Position numbers and translations under genes: made by a program. Positions 47,764-58,711 of a stretch of 64,000 bases of DNA are shown here, in pieces. The notes beneath the pieces are model-generated. The model was not told the DNA's origin. It ran no database searches and was given only the letters and a program-made list of their open reading frames with translations. The DNA is taken from IMG/VR virus record IMGVR_UViG_3300031521_001337, positions 62,001 through 126,000 of that record; one strand, given 5' to 3'. Each line of letters starts with the position of its first letter. The stretch's first letter is position 1.

Positions 47764-48462
47764 ATGGCAGAATTAGGCGCAATCGTTGGAGGTAGTGGTT
47801 CAGGAAAATCAACCTCTCTTAGAAACTTAGACCCAACAAAAACATTTGTGATAAATGTAGCAAACAAACCCCTTCCGATCAGAGGGTTTAGAAAGAATTA
47901 TAAAGCATTAACCCCAGCTCCTGATGGACGTGGTTATGTTGGAAATCTTTATAACACGTCAAGTGTTGAAAAAATCGGACAAATTTTAAAAGTGATAAAC
48001 ATGACAATGCCACACATTGAACAAGTTATTATTGACGATAGTCAATATTTAATGAGTTTTGAAGCGATGGATAGAGCCTCTGAAAAGGGGTTTGACAAGT
48101 TTACACAAATTGCTCAGCACTTTTATTCGGTATTAAAAGAAGGTATGAATATGAGGGATGATTTAAAAGTATTTATACTTACTCATTCTGAAAATATTGG
48201 TGATGCTTTGAATCCTAGTTTCAAGATTAAAACTATGGGTAAAATGATTGACAACATGATTACTGTTGAAGGTTTATTTACTTATGTAATTTTTACTTGT
48301 AATACTAAAGATGATGAAGGTAACATGCAGTATAAATTTATGACTCAAACAGATGGAACAACTACAGCCAAAACTCCTATGGGATGTTTTGATGAATTGT
48401 ATATCGACAACGATTTACAACTTGTATTTGATAAAATCAACGAATATAATAACGCAGAGTAA
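47764..48462 (+). CDS. AAA_24/Sak4-like P-loop NTPase
   Basis: GGSGSGKST, VIIDDSQY, FIL.H, KTP.G. Confidence 0.8.
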   Translation: MAELGAIVGGSGSGKSTSLRNLDPTKTFVINVANKPLPIRGFRKNYKALTPAPDGRGYVGNLYNTSSVEKIGQILKVINMTMPHIEQVIIDDSQYLMSFEAMDRASEKGFDKFTQIAQHFYSVLKEGMNMRDDLKVFILTHSENIGDALNPSFKIKTMGKMIDNMITVEGLFTYVIFTCNTKDDEGNMQYKFMTQTDGTTTAKTPMGCFDELYIDNDLQLVFDKINEYNNAE

Positions 48463-49031
48463 TGATCAAACAAATTGCAATAACATTTGATTTTAATACA
48501 GAGACTGAAGAAGTTACGAATATTAAAACCGTAGGTAGTGAAGTAAAAGCTAAAAAAACTACTACCACTAAGAAATTAAAAGAAGCTGTCGAAGAAATGG
48601 CAAGCGAGTCCTTAATCACCCTAGAATCTAATAAATTAGTATTCAATAATAAAGCTGTTGCCGATATGGAACTAGAATACGAACAGCGTATTGTGATTGA
48701 ATATAAAAAATCAGGTAGAGTAATGTCCCCTATTATTCGTAAAGATGAAGAAGCTGGTAACAAAGTAACTAAATCTAATACGGTAACATATAAAGGTAAG
48801 GCAAATACAGTATTAGCTGAATTTGGTTCTGAATTTACTTTGGAACCATTATCCGAAGGTGTATGGAAATTAGTTTCCAAAACACCTAAAAAAGAAGTGA
48901 GCAACGAGCAATCGCCAACTCCTTCGTTCTCATTAGAGGACGTTATCTCACAAGCAGAGGCTACTGAGCCTGACTTGTTAGTTGAATCAGATGAAACTAC
49001 CCAAATAGATGAATTCACATTTAAATTGTAA
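48462..49031 (+). CDS. hypothetical protein
   Basis: 189 aa, acidic tail. Confidence 0.65.
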   Translation: MIKQIAITFDFNTETEEVTNIKTVGSEVKAKKTTTTKKLKEAVEEMASESLITLESNKLVFNNKAVADMELEYEQRIVIEYKKSGRVMSPIIRKDEEAGNKVTKSNTVTYKGKANTVLAEFGSEFTLEPLSEGVWKLVSKTPKKEVSNEQSPTPSFSLEDVISQAEATEPDLLVESDETTQIDEFTFKL

Positions 49032-49043
49032 TTATAATAAATA

Positions 49044-49760
49044 ATGAGTGCATTTTCATTTAATACAACAGCAGGTGCTTCACAAAGTGCTGCAAAATCG
49101 AGATTAACAGGTAATGATATCTATACTGTAAAATTTGACGGTTGTGAAATCGTTGATATCAAAGGTGTTAAAGATCCATCTATGACGTATAAAGTTTTGA
49201 AATTGAAATTTTCTAACGAAGATGGAACTTTTGAACATACTATTTTTGAACCAAAGCAAGCGGATTTTAGCAGAACAGAGACTGAGTTCACTAAAGACGG
49301 TAAGACTGAAAAAATTCCACAAGCATCTGGAGTAGAAAATATGATGTTATTGTTTAAACATGCGATTGATGCTATTGCACCAAAAGTAGGTAAACAAATC
49401 GATGATGGTTCTAAAAACCTTGGAGCACCAGATTGGAATGGATTGAGACTTTTAGTTTCACAAATTCTTGATTCAGGTAAAGGTACTGAAACTAAAATCA
49501 AATTAATGATTAATAATAAAGGAGAAGCACAGTTTCCAGGATTCTTCTCAGGCGTGAGTAGAGAAGGTAAAGCGTATATCAGAAATAACTTCATGGGTGA
49601 AAAACTAGCGTTTAGTACTTATGAACTTACTCGTATTAATAACGCAGCTACCGCAAGACCAACTCCAATGGCTAATACGGCACGTACTAATACTCCAATT
49701 AATATAACAACAACCCAGAGCGATCCTTTAGATTTCTCATTTGAAATGCCAAATTTGTAA
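49044..49760 (+). CDS. probable single-stranded DNA-binding protein
   Basis: Position between Sak4-like NTPase and primase; beta-rich core with flexible tail ending in D/F residues (inference). Confidence 0.5.
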   Translation: MSAFSFNTTAGASQSAAKSRLTGNDIYTVKFDGCEIVDIKGVKDPSMTYKVLKLKFSNEDGTFEHTIFEPKQADFSRTETEFTKDGKTEKIPQASGVENMMLLFKHAIDAIAPKVGKQIDDGSKNLGAPDWNGLRLLVSQILDSGKGTETKIKLMINNKGEAQFPGFFSGVSREGKAYIRNNFMGEKLAFSTYELTRINNAATARPTPMANTARTNTPINITTTQSDPLDFSFEMPNL

Positions 49761-49771
49761 AAACTTTTGAT

Positions 49772-49779
49772 TATCTTTG
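49772..49779 (+). promoter_or_regulatory. putative -7 promoter element
   Basis: TATCTTTG 21 nt upstream of primase; -33 spacing not canonical. Confidence 0.45.
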
Positions 49780-49799
49780 TGACTTAAACAATTAATACT

Positions 49800-50813
49800 A
49801 TGTACGAATTAGATATAGCACCAAAGATAACTAAAGAACTTTTACTCACAAAATACTCCCAAGAAACGTTCATGGAACATTACTTGGGAGTATCTATTAA
49901 AAAAGGACTATTCAAGAGTCCACCCACTTTGAGGGTTGATCATACACCAACATGTAGCTTTTATAAGGATAAAAAAGGTACTCTATTTTTTAAAGACTTT
50001 GCTGGACCAAGTTTCGACTTTCTCGGCGCAGTAATGCATATTTTTCAATGTAATTATTATAAAGCTTTAAGAATTATTGCTAATGATTTTGGAATTATAA
50101 AAGTAGATAATATGCAAATGAATCCTCCACTTATACCATATTCAGGTTCAATCTTACAGGAAACTGAAAAGGCGAACATTCAAGTTGAAGTCAAGGACTT
50201 TAGCCGAAAAGAATTGGATTGGTGGAATTCATTTGGTGTATCAATCGTAACCCTTAAAAAGTATAAGGTGTTTTCTATAAAATCTGTTTTCTTAAATGGA
50301 GTTTATTTTTCATCTTCTACAGAATCTTGTCCTATTTATGGATATTATGGTGGAAATACTTCAGATGGTGATGAGTTGTGGCGATTATATATGCCAACTA
50401 AAAGAAACTATAGGTTTCTTAGCAATTGGAAATCAACGATGATTCAAGGTGCCAAACAACTATCAAAATCTGGAGATTTCATTGTAATAACTAAATCACT
50501 TAAAGACGTAATGGCTTTAGATGAATTTGGTATAACAGCAGTAGCCCCTAATAGTGAAAATATATTCTTAACTCAAGCTCAGTATGAAAAATTACAGCTT
50601 AAATTTAAAGATATTTATTTGTTATACGATAGGGATCTACCGGGTGTTAAAGCTGCCAATAAAATTAGGAAAGCCTTTCCAGGTGTAAAAGTACTCTTAG
50701 TTCCAAAAGTAAAAGACTTTACTGATTATGTCAAAAAGTATGGAACATTAAAAACATTTAATTTAATAGAAGAATGGCTAGAAAAAAGAAAGACGAATCT
50801 ACCACTTGAGTAG
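49800..50813 (+). CDS. DNA primase (TOPRIM)
   Basis: D..P.CSFY, FKDF, IQG, ITKS.KD, YDRD..G, KDFTDY. Confidence 0.8.
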   Translation: MYELDIAPKITKELLLTKYSQETFMEHYLGVSIKKGLFKSPPTLRVDHTPTCSFYKDKKGTLFFKDFAGPSFDFLGAVMHIFQCNYYKALRIIANDFGIIKVDNMQMNPPLIPYSGSILQETEKANIQVEVKDFSRKELDWWNSFGVSIVTLKKYKVFSIKSVFLNGVYFSSSTESCPIYGYYGGNTSDGDELWRLYMPTKRNYRFLSNWKSTMIQGAKQLSKSGDFIVITKSLKDVMALDEFGITAVAPNSENIFLTQAQYEKLQLKFKDIYLLYDRDLPGVKAANKIRKAFPGVKVLLVPKVKDFTDYVKKYGTLKTFNLIEEWLEKRKTNLPLE

Positions 50814-50821
50814 AAGGAGAG

Positions 50822-51223
50822 GTGACGGTTGAAAAACCGAAGAAGAAAAGGAGTTCGGGTTATTCCAAACAAAAAGGTAATACTTACGAAAGACAAATTG
50901 TAAATGAGCTAAAAGAATTAACAGGTAATGAGAACATATGTACTGCACGAAGTGAATCTAAGAAATTAGATGATATGAAAATTGATATTTCAGATCCCGA
51001 CAATGCTATTCCTTGTTATATTCAGACTAAGAAAACACAAAGTACCCCAAGCGTTAAGAAAATTAATGCAGAAGTTGGACTAAAGGATAAACCTTTGTGT
51101 ATTATATGGAATATACAGGAAAAGAAAGAAGGAAATACAAATATTACTTCAAACGGTGAGTACGCTATTATTCCAAAAGAATTTTTTTATGAATTATTAA
51201 AAAGTCATAATGATAAAAGGTAA
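50822..51223 (+). CDS. Holliday junction resolvase-like PD-(D/E)XK nuclease
   Basis: KG..YER.I..EL, D..KIDI, IQ.K. Confidence 0.75.
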   Translation: MTVEKPKKKRSSGYSKQKGNTYERQIVNELKELTGNENICTARSESKKLDDMKIDISDPDNAIPCYIQTKKTQSTPSVKKINAEVGLKDKPLCIIWNIQEKKEGNTNITSNGEYAIIPKEFFYELLKSHNDKR

Positions 51224-51419
51224 GCTTTACAAATTAGGTACAGTTGTAATATTCTGTACTAAAACTGATATAAATCCAGATCGTAAATGTTACGAAGGAT
51301 TTATTATTAAAACAGAGGATTATTCAACTTTAGGATATTTTTCTACAGGTTGGAATAAAGAATCTTCTGAAGAATATATTGGTCAATTAAGTTTGAACAA
51401 TGTGTTGATAGAAAAATAG
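51210..51419 (+). CDS. hypothetical protein
   Basis: 69 aa ORF. Confidence 0.55.
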   Translation: MIKGKLYKLGTVVIFCTKTDINPDRKCYEGFIIKTEDYSTLGYFSTGWNKESSEEYIGQLSLNNVLIEK

Positions 51420-51436
51420 ATAAATTAAAAAATAAA

Positions 51437-51943
51437 ATGAAGAATATGAATGTATATTTAGATATTGATGACGTTATTTTTGATTGGCATCGTGATTATG
51501 CTAAACGCTTTAATTGTGCGGTTCCTAGTAAATGGGATAAGACTAAGCGAATGGGTAAACGATTAAAAATTCTTTCTGATGAAAAGGATTTTTGGATGAA
51601 TTTGACAATTAAAAACAAACCGAACTTTATCCCAAGAGGTTTCGTAAGTGCACGAGGTATTAATAAAGATTGGACGATAGCGTCCTTGAGGAAACATAAT
51701 ATACCCGGAAGAAGCAATGTACACCAAGTACACTGGGGTCAGAGTAAAGTGGAGTTGTTGAAGAGTTTAGATTGTGACTTATTTATTGATGATAAATATG
51801 AAACATTTAAAGAATGTAATAAGAGCGGAATTTTCTGTTTACTTATGGATGCTCCTCACAATCAACACATAAACACTGAATATCGAATCTATACATTAGA
51901 TATCGAAACTATATTAAGTTTATGGCGCAAATTGCGGAAATAA
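51437..51943 (+). CDS. HAD-family 5'(3')-deoxyribonucleotidase-like phosphatase
   Basis: YLDIDDV, VSAR, K, FIDDK, DAPHN. Confidence 0.82.
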   Translation: MKNMNVYLDIDDVIFDWHRDYAKRFNCAVPSKWDKTKRMGKRLKILSDEKDFWMNLTIKNKPNFIPRGFVSARGINKDWTIASLRKHNIPGRSNVHQVHWGQSKVELLKSLDCDLFIDDKYETFKECNKSGIFCLLMDAPHNQHINTEYRIYTLDIETILSLWRKLRK

Positions 51944-52944
51944 AAATAATTCCAGGCACTTTTACATTAATTAAAATTAGTGATGAAGAATATTTCAGTG
52001 CTGAATATAAAGACTATATTTCTAATTCTAGACTATCATTGATAGACCCTAGTGAAGGAGGATCTATGGAGAATTATATTAACGGATATTCAGGTGGATT
52101 TTCAAGTTCTTATGAACTAGGATCTGCTGTTCATGCTAGTGTATTACAACCAGAATTTTATACGATTTCTAATTTAGCTAAACCAAGTGGTAAACTTGGC
52201 TTATTTACTGAGGAAGTATATAAATTTCGAAAAGAAGGATACAGTATTAAAGATTCAATGAAGTTAGCTTCTGTATCGGCGGATTATTATTCTAGTCAAT
52301 TTACACAAACTAGAATCAGTACAGCTTTAAAAACTGCACTTCCTTTTTATATCAATCGTTTAAGAGCTAAAGAAATAATTGGAACACAAACATTATACTT
52401 ATCTCAAGCAACGCAAGATAAACATGATTTATGTATGAATGGTATTGCAGCTAATCCTGCAATTAAAAAAGTATTATATCCTGAAGGATTATTACAAACT
52501 CCTGAAGTTTTTAATGAATATGCAATATTTGTAGAAGTTGATGTAACAGTTGACGGAATTACTAAACGAGCTAAATTAAAAGCCAAACTTGATAATTTTA
52601 CAGTTAATCATGAAACTAAAGAACTTACACTAAATGATCTTAAAACAACAGGTAAACCAGTGAATTTCTTTATGGGAGGAAAATCTGTAAATGCAGAAGG
52701 AGATACTATTCAACACGAAGGATCTTTTCAAAAATTTCACTATTATAGACAAATGGCAATGTATGGTTGGTTAATGAGTTGCTTAATGCAATCATCAGGA
52801 ATCGATTATCAATGTAAAATGAATATGGTAGTTGTTGAAACTATTCCTACATATAAATCTAAAGTAATTCCTGTTACAAATGGTCACATTAAACAAGGTC
52901 TTGCTGAATTCAAAAAATTATTAATATTAGTTACACATGGATAG
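51922..52944 (+). CDS. RecE/ExoVIII-like PD-(D/E)XK exonuclease
   Basis: Y.....ISNS, GSAVH...L.PE, KAKLD, NDLKT, YYRQ.A.Y. Confidence 0.82.
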   Translation: MAQIAEIKIIPGTFTLIKISDEEYFSAEYKDYISNSRLSLIDPSEGGSMENYINGYSGGFSSSYELGSAVHASVLQPEFYTISNLAKPSGKLGLFTEEVYKFRKEGYSIKDSMKLASVSADYYSSQFTQTRISTALKTALPFYINRLRAKEIIGTQTLYLSQATQDKHDLCMNGIAANPAIKKVLYPEGLLQTPEVFNEYAIFVEVDVTVDGITKRAKLKAKLDNFTVNHETKELTLNDLKTTGKPVNFFMGGKSVNAEGDTIQHEGSFQKFHYYRQMAMYGWLMSCLMQSSGIDYQCKMNMVVVETIPTYKSKVIPVTNGHIKQGLAEFKKLLILVTHG

Positions 52945-53323
52945 ACATTCAGTAGAATCTACTGTTATTACTTTAAATGGGTTAGTTTGTGATGATAAAA
53001 GAAGTGTTTACCATAAAGTTTTTTCATTAGGCAATTTTGAGTCTGGTGATATGAATGATAAGTTGATGCTAATTTCATTAGTTGCTTTAGCCTATAGAAA
53101 GATGAAAGAAAAAGATGTGGAAATGACACCTTTAAAACTGCTGATGAAACTTACAAGAGAAGAAAAGAGTAATTCTGGTTTTTATCAGTTCTTAGAAGCT
53201 CTTGCAATTCTTGTTGAAGATTTATCCTATGGGTGCACAAAGATTGACACTTGTGGTATGAAAACCTCACAAGAGATTATTAACAAAATTAAAGAAATTT
53301 TATCACAATGGCTTCCATTTTAG
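52937..53323 (+). CDS. hypothetical protein
   Basis: 128 aa ORF. Confidence 0.65.
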   Translation: MDRHSVESTVITLNGLVCDDKRSVYHKVFSLGNFESGDMNDKLMLISLVALAYRKMKEKDVEMTPLKLLMKLTREEKSNSGFYQFLEALAILVEDLSYGCTKIDTCGMKTSQEIINKIKEILSQWLPF

Positions 53324-54255
53324 ACCCAGACGTACCACAATTATTTGTATTAGAAGATTTTATAGAAATGCATAGAGAAAATAGTAGAGAAGAAGATGAC
53401 GAAGAAAACAAAGTATCAATATGGGTTAAAACCGGAGATATTATTCGTGCGTCAATTGATGAAGAAAAATTTGAAAAACTAGAACCAGGTGTTTATACAG
53501 TTGATTATTCTAGAGAAGCAGGTTTATTTATAAAACAAATGGATGTAAAGTCTGATGAATTATTTGTATTTAGTGATTCAATTACAACAAAACTAATGGA
53601 AGAAATTAACATGTTTTGGGATAAAGCGGATCGTTATAAAGAAAACAAATTAATTCACAAACGTGGTATTCTTTTAGAAGGATATCCTGGAACTGGTAAA
53701 AGTTCAATCATTTCAATCTTATCGAAAGAAATTATGAACAGAGGTGGTGTTGTATTTAAAATTACAGGTTATCGTAATTTAGATCATTATGTAGAATTTC
53801 TACGTACATGTTTTAGAAAAGTACAACCAGATACTCCGGTTATAACAATTCTTGAAGATTTGGATCAGTATGAAGATGTTGAGATGGAATTATTAGATTT
53901 TTTAGATGGTAAAACCCATTTAGATCATCATGTTGTTATTGCAACAACAAATAATACTCAAGTAATTCCTGATACTTTCTTAAGACCAAGTCGTATAGAC
54001 TTAAAAATAGAAATACCTTTACCTTGTGAAAACACACGTAAAGAATATTTTGAACATAAAAATGTTCCTAGTGCTGATATTGCCGAGCTTGTAGAAAAGT
54101 CGGATAAGTTTTCATTAGCTGATCTGAAAGAATTATATATTAGTATATATCTATTGGATTACTCTGTGGATGAAGCAATTGCAAAAATTGATTCTCCGAG
54201 AGATAAAAAAAGTTATATGGAATCTCCTATACACAAAACAGTATTGGGAATTTAA
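53308..54255 (+). CDS. AAA+ ATPase
   Basis: RGILL.GYPGTGKS, ILEDLD, ATTN, LRPSRID. Confidence 0.9.
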   Translation: MASILDPDVPQLFVLEDFIEMHRENSREEDDEENKVSIWVKTGDIIRASIDEEKFEKLEPGVYTVDYSREAGLFIKQMDVKSDELFVFSDSITTKLMEEINMFWDKADRYKENKLIHKRGILLEGYPGTGKSSIISILSKEIMNRGGVVFKITGYRNLDHYVEFLRTCFRKVQPDTPVITILEDLDQYEDVEMELLDFLDGKTHLDHHVVIATTNNTQVIPDTFLRPSRIDLKIEIPLPCENTRKEYFEHKNVPSADIAELVEKSDKFSLADLKELYISIYLLDYSVDEAIAKIDSPRDKKSYMESPIHKTVLGI

Positions 54256-54299
54256 CATTTTTTAACAAGGTGTATAGCTTTTATTCCAAATAAAAGCAT

Positions 54300-54307
54300 T
54301 ATCTTTG
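54300..54307 (+). promoter_or_regulatory. putative -7 promoter element
   Basis: TATCTTTG in the intergenic gap, preceded by a GCTTTTATT/AATAAAAGC hairpin. Confidence 0.5.
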
Positions 54308-54374
54308 TATTGTAATTAGATGAGGAAAACGCATAGATGAAAATTAAATTATTACAAAAAATGTAAAAGGACTT

Positions 54375-55061
54375 ATGAAAACAGTAGAAGTACAAGGGTA
54401 CAACAAACAAGCAGCTTTAGAAGCAACAGGATTAGACGTGAAATTAGAAATGTTGAAAAACGCTACACAAGCATGGAAAAAAGAAGGATCTCCAGTAAAT
54501 ACAAAAGATCTTAATCGTTTCATGGCTGATTATATCAAGAAAAATAAAGCAGTTGGTGCTTATTTAGTAGTTGATGCAGCGTCTGATGATACTCGTTTAC
54601 GTCCATATAGTGTGATTAATGAAACAACTATTGGAAAACGTAAAACTATCACAGTATACCAAATCAAAGAAGCTGAACTAGCAGTTAAATTTCATACTGA
54701 AAAGAAAACAGTAATTGATCCAGAAACAAAAGAAGAAAAAGAAGTAGAATTCCAATCTCCTTATCGTAAAGAAACAATTACAGTAGAATTCAAAAATGAG
54801 GATGGTGAATTAGAAACCAAAACTAAAGAAGTTGAAATTCCTGAAGTTAAAGTTATCGCTACCGGTGCTGTTGAAGCTCGTGCTGATAAAAAAGATTTAG
54901 CTCTTAAAATCATGAAAGAGTTGATCGAAGCAAACAAAAAAGACTACGTTATTGAAATCGTAAAAGAAGTAACTGACGGTCAAAAATATGCAGGTTATGG
55001 ACAATATACTCCATCAAAATCTGCAAAATTAGGTAAATTCTTGTTTTTCGTACAAGAGTAA
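54375..55061 (+). CDS. hypothetical protein
   Basis: 228 aa with its own putative promoter and terminator. Confidence 0.75.
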   Translation: MKTVEVQGYNKQAALEATGLDVKLEMLKNATQAWKKEGSPVNTKDLNRFMADYIKKNKAVGAYLVVDAASDDTRLRPYSVINETTIGKRKTITVYQIKEAELAVKFHTEKKTVIDPETKEEKEVEFQSPYRKETITVEFKNEDGELETKTKEVEIPEVKVIATGAVEARADKKDLALKIMKELIEANKKDYVIEIVKEVTDGQKYAGYGQYTPSKSAKLGKFLFFVQE

Positions 55062-55111
55062 TCACTAGGGAATTAGCAACCCAGTCTTTAGACAAATAGC
55101 TAATATTTTTA

Positions 55112-55145
55112 AAAGGTCGATAGATTAATTTCTATCGGCCTTTTT
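55112..55145 (+). terminator. intrinsic terminator
   Basis: AAAGGTCGATAGA/TCTATCGGCCTTT plus T run. Confidence 0.8.
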
Positions 55146-55188
55146 CATTTTATAAACATAACGGCGTAACAGCACATACAAAAAATAA

Positions 55189-56571
55189 ATGGATAAAAAG
55201 AAAGTAGTAAAAAGCGATGCTTCAGTAGATGCCGCATTTGATGGAAGAACACTGATTTCAGTTGATAGAGATAATTCGCAATCAATTAAGATTGGTTCAG
55301 AAACAGTTGGCAAGATATCTGGATATAAGTTTAAGATCTTAGTTCGTAATAAACCAGCCATTGAAGGTGAATTTACCCGCGAAGAAGTTGACTTAATGTA
55401 CAGATTGTATTCTGCCGAAGGATCAAATTTAACTCAACGCACAATATCAAGATATTTCCCGAACTATACATTTCAGGATTTCAAAAAGATATTAAAAGCC
55501 TTTGGTGTTACCAAAGCCGCTTCTCCTATAGCACCGCATGTTATTGAGGAGAAATCAACAGATGAGTTAATCACATTAACTCTACAAAACAAAGAAAACG
55601 ATTTTCTAAGAAAATTAGAACAAGATAGAACTCGGTTAACTGAAACCAAACTAAGAGAAATGACTGGTAAGTATTATGACTTGAAACAACAAGTCGCAAA
55701 CTTTTCAGAATTTATTAGTTCATTAAACATCACTGGAACAGCTGTAGTAAATACTCCACTAGTAAAAAATGATGTTACACTTATGGTATATCTAAGTGAT
55801 ATGCATATTGGTGCCGAAGTTTCAGATTATTCTATATATGGAAACCGTTTTGATTATGATGTAGCAACAGAACGCTTATTCAAAATCTATGAAAAAGCAC
55901 GTTCATTAGCATTAGTAACCGGAGCTACAAATATAATTGTTTGTAATAATGGTGATGCCTTAGATGGTTATAATGCTGAAACAACTCGTGGAGGTCATAC
56001 TTTACCTCAAAATATGAATAATAAAGATCAATTTAAGAATTATGTAAAAATGATGACTAAATTTTTCTCTAATCTTTCTTCTTGTGGTCAATTCTCTAAC
56101 ATTAAATATGTTAGTGTTGAAGGTGGAAACCATGATGGAGATTTTGGATTTGTTGCAAATAAAGCTTTAGAAGCTGTATTAGAAGTAATCAATCCTAATA
56201 TTGAAGTTGAAATTTTTGAAAAATATATTCAACACTTTACAGTTGGTAATCATACTTTTGTATTATGTCATGGTAAAGATGCAAAGGATGTATTTAGAAA
56301 TATGCCACTTGTAATCAACGATAAGACCGAAAATCAAATCAGAGAATACTTGGATTATAATGAAATTACTGGTAAAAATGTTCACTTTATAAAAGGTGAT
56401 TTACATCAATCTGCAACTACTTATGCTAAAAAGTTCAGATATAAAGCAGTAGCTTCATTCTTTGGTTCTAGTGAATGGATTCATAAAAACTTTGGTAATA
56501 CACCAGCAGCTTGTGATTTCGATATTGTAGATGGTGATAGTATTTTAGAAACTCGTTTAGTATTAAGTTAA
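55189..56571 (+). CDS. Mre11/SbcD-like metallophosphoesterase with N-terminal extension
   Basis: LSDMHIG, NGDALDG, GNHD, HGKD, GDLHQ. Confidence 0.85.
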   Translation: MDKKKVVKSDASVDAAFDGRTLISVDRDNSQSIKIGSETVGKISGYKFKILVRNKPAIEGEFTREEVDLMYRLYSAEGSNLTQRTISRYFPNYTFQDFKKILKAFGVTKAASPIAPHVIEEKSTDELITLTLQNKENDFLRKLEQDRTRLTETKLREMTGKYYDLKQQVANFSEFISSLNITGTAVVNTPLVKNDVTLMVYLSDMHIGAEVSDYSIYGNRFDYDVATERLFKIYEKARSLALVTGATNIIVCNNGDALDGYNAETTRGGHTLPQNMNNKDQFKNYVKMMTKFFSNLSSCGQFSNIKYVSVEGGNHDGDFGFVANKALEAVLEVINPNIEVEIFEKYIQHFTVGNHTFVLCHGKDAKDVFRNMPLVINDKTENQIREYLDYNEITGKNVHFIKGDLHQSATTYAKKFRYKAVASFFGSSEWIHKNFGNTPAACDFDIVDGDSILETRLVLS

Positions 56572-56572
56572 T

Positions 56573-57862
56573 ATGGAAGAAGAAAAAATATATCAACCTC
56601 ATGAATTGTATTTTTCAATTTATAAAGATCCAGAAGAAGATTCATCTGATTATTGGGCTGTAGGTTGGACAGTTTGTTTTACTACAATTGAATGGTTTAA
56701 TGAAGAACACTGTCAATCTGATGATTTAGGTGGACATAATGTAAATAACGAAGCTTTAATTAAAGCTGGATTATGTGATACTGAATTATTAGAATCAGTA
56801 TTTGAAGTAGAAATAGGTGATACAAAAGAAGAAATTCATCAAAATTTATTAGATGCTGGATTTATTTTTAATGTCGAATTTGATAATTTTATGAATCAAT
56901 ACAGTTAATATGAAAAGACTTCCTAGTGATTTTACAAAAGAATTATGGGGAAAGCAAATGTTAGAAGATTTCAGGCCTGCTTCGGCAGAACCTGAAATCG
57001 AAGACATTTACAAACATAATTATATGGTAGTGTCTAATATGAGAATGAAAACTCTTAAAAAGACTATACCATTTTCTAAATGTGCAACAGATGGATTGAT
57101 TGAATTTTCTTATGGAGGTAAAACTTTTATGGGAATTCAAGAAGTTAAGTTTAAAAAAGCTTATACAGATTGGCAATTAAAACAACAATTAGTTCAAGCT
57201 TTAATGTATGAATGGATGTTTGAACAAGCCGAAGTTGAATATAAACTTAGTGTTTTTATATTAAATAGCGAATCATATTTTGCTTATGTGTATAATGATG
57301 AAATTCAACAACTTAAAAAAACTTTGTGGTCAATTTTTCCTGAAATAACCGAAACTCCTTGTAAAGCCTATAAAAATAAGCTTATTCAGGATGTTATCCG
57401 AAAGAAAGTTATTCCAATTAATAAATCACAAATTACAGATAATTATTCAATGCACGGAACAATCCGTGATATATGTAAACACTGTTTATAATGAAGTATT
57501 ATTTAATTAAAGAAACAACGTGGTTTTACGATCCCCACGGTACTCCAGATTTTGGAGGAGAAACAAAAGAAGTTATTGAGGATGATGAAGAATCAGGTAT
57601 AACAATTGATGGAACATATATTAGTGGATATCGTTATAATGATTATTTGGATTGTAAAGATGAAGAAATGGATTTATATTTTGATGATGATGATGAAACT
57701 GATTTTGAATATTATCTTAAACCTGATGATTATGACAAAGTTATGAAACTATCTGGTCAAGATGGTTATAATTGTGAAGAAACTGATTTTGAAATTAAAG
57801 AAATCTCCGAAGAACAATATAATAGATACAAAGAAATTATCAATGAATACAGTAAAATATAA
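56573..57862 (+). CDS. three hypothetical proteins (56573..56908 acidic; 56910..57491 with possible PD-(D/E)XK EVK motif; 57491..57862 very acidic)
   Basis: ORF track and composition. Confidence 0.6.
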
Positions 57863-58626
57863 TGGATATTAGTGTATCGGAATTGTTGAAAGGAAAAGCA
57901 ACAATTATAAAAAATAAAGAATTTTTCCAAACTAAAAATTATGCAGAGCCTTTTTTGGAAAGAATGTCTGCATTTACAGATGATTTTCGTATTCAGGTTA
58001 AAATGCCTGATCAAATGACAGGTAGCAAAGATGCAACTGATTTAACTTATAATAGAGTTCTTATTCAAGCAGTGATGCCGAGAGAACATTCAATTGATGA
58101 CCATGATGAAGTTATCGGTTTTTTATATGGTATTGATGTTAAGAAACCTGTTGCTAAAATATATAGAGGGTATTTAAACCAAGCATGTACTAACTTGACA
58201 GTATTCAATCCTCAGTGGATGGATGTGCAAGAAATGACTCCTGGTGATCCCTTAAATTACAATGCTGTTAAACAATTGATGGAACAAACCAACGATTTTC
58301 AAACAACATTAAAGAAATTAAAAGCCACAACTATTAGTAGAAATTTGAGAAAACAATACTTAGGTGAGTGGGTTGACTATTCAATGCGTGAAAGTCAAGA
58401 CTATGGATATGGTAAAGTAAAAATTGCAGTATCCACCCCGATTGATGCTTATAAGCAATTATTCATTGATCAAGACAGTGCTTATTACATTCCAGAAGGA
58501 GTAGATCCGAATATGTTTGATGTATATAATGCATTTACTCAAATTATTACCGATGATAAAAAGGATATTGTTAATAAATTCGAAAAGTCAATTATAATAG
58601 GAAAAATGCTTGGAGTTGTATCCTAA
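57862..58626 (+). CDS. DUF932-like protein
   Basis: G...ACTNL motif; YNAFTQ..T C-terminus. Confidence 0.6.
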   Translation: MDISVSELLKGKATIIKNKEFFQTKNYAEPFLERMSAFTDDFRIQVKMPDQMTGSKDATDLTYNRVLIQAVMPREHSIDDHDEVIGFLYGIDVKKPVAKIYRGYLNQACTNLTVFNPQWMDVQEMTPGDPLNYNAVKQLMEQTNDFQTTLKKLKATTISRNLRKQYLGEWVDYSMRESQDYGYGKVKIAVSTPIDAYKQLFIDQDSAYYIPEGVDPNMFDVYNAFTQIITDDKKDIVNKFEKSIIIGKMLGVVS

Positions 58627-58711
58627 TCATTATATTTTATAGTTTTTACATAATATAGTTTTTTCATAAAATTATTTTATTATTTTTGTATAAACTAAAA
58701 AATTATAAAAT

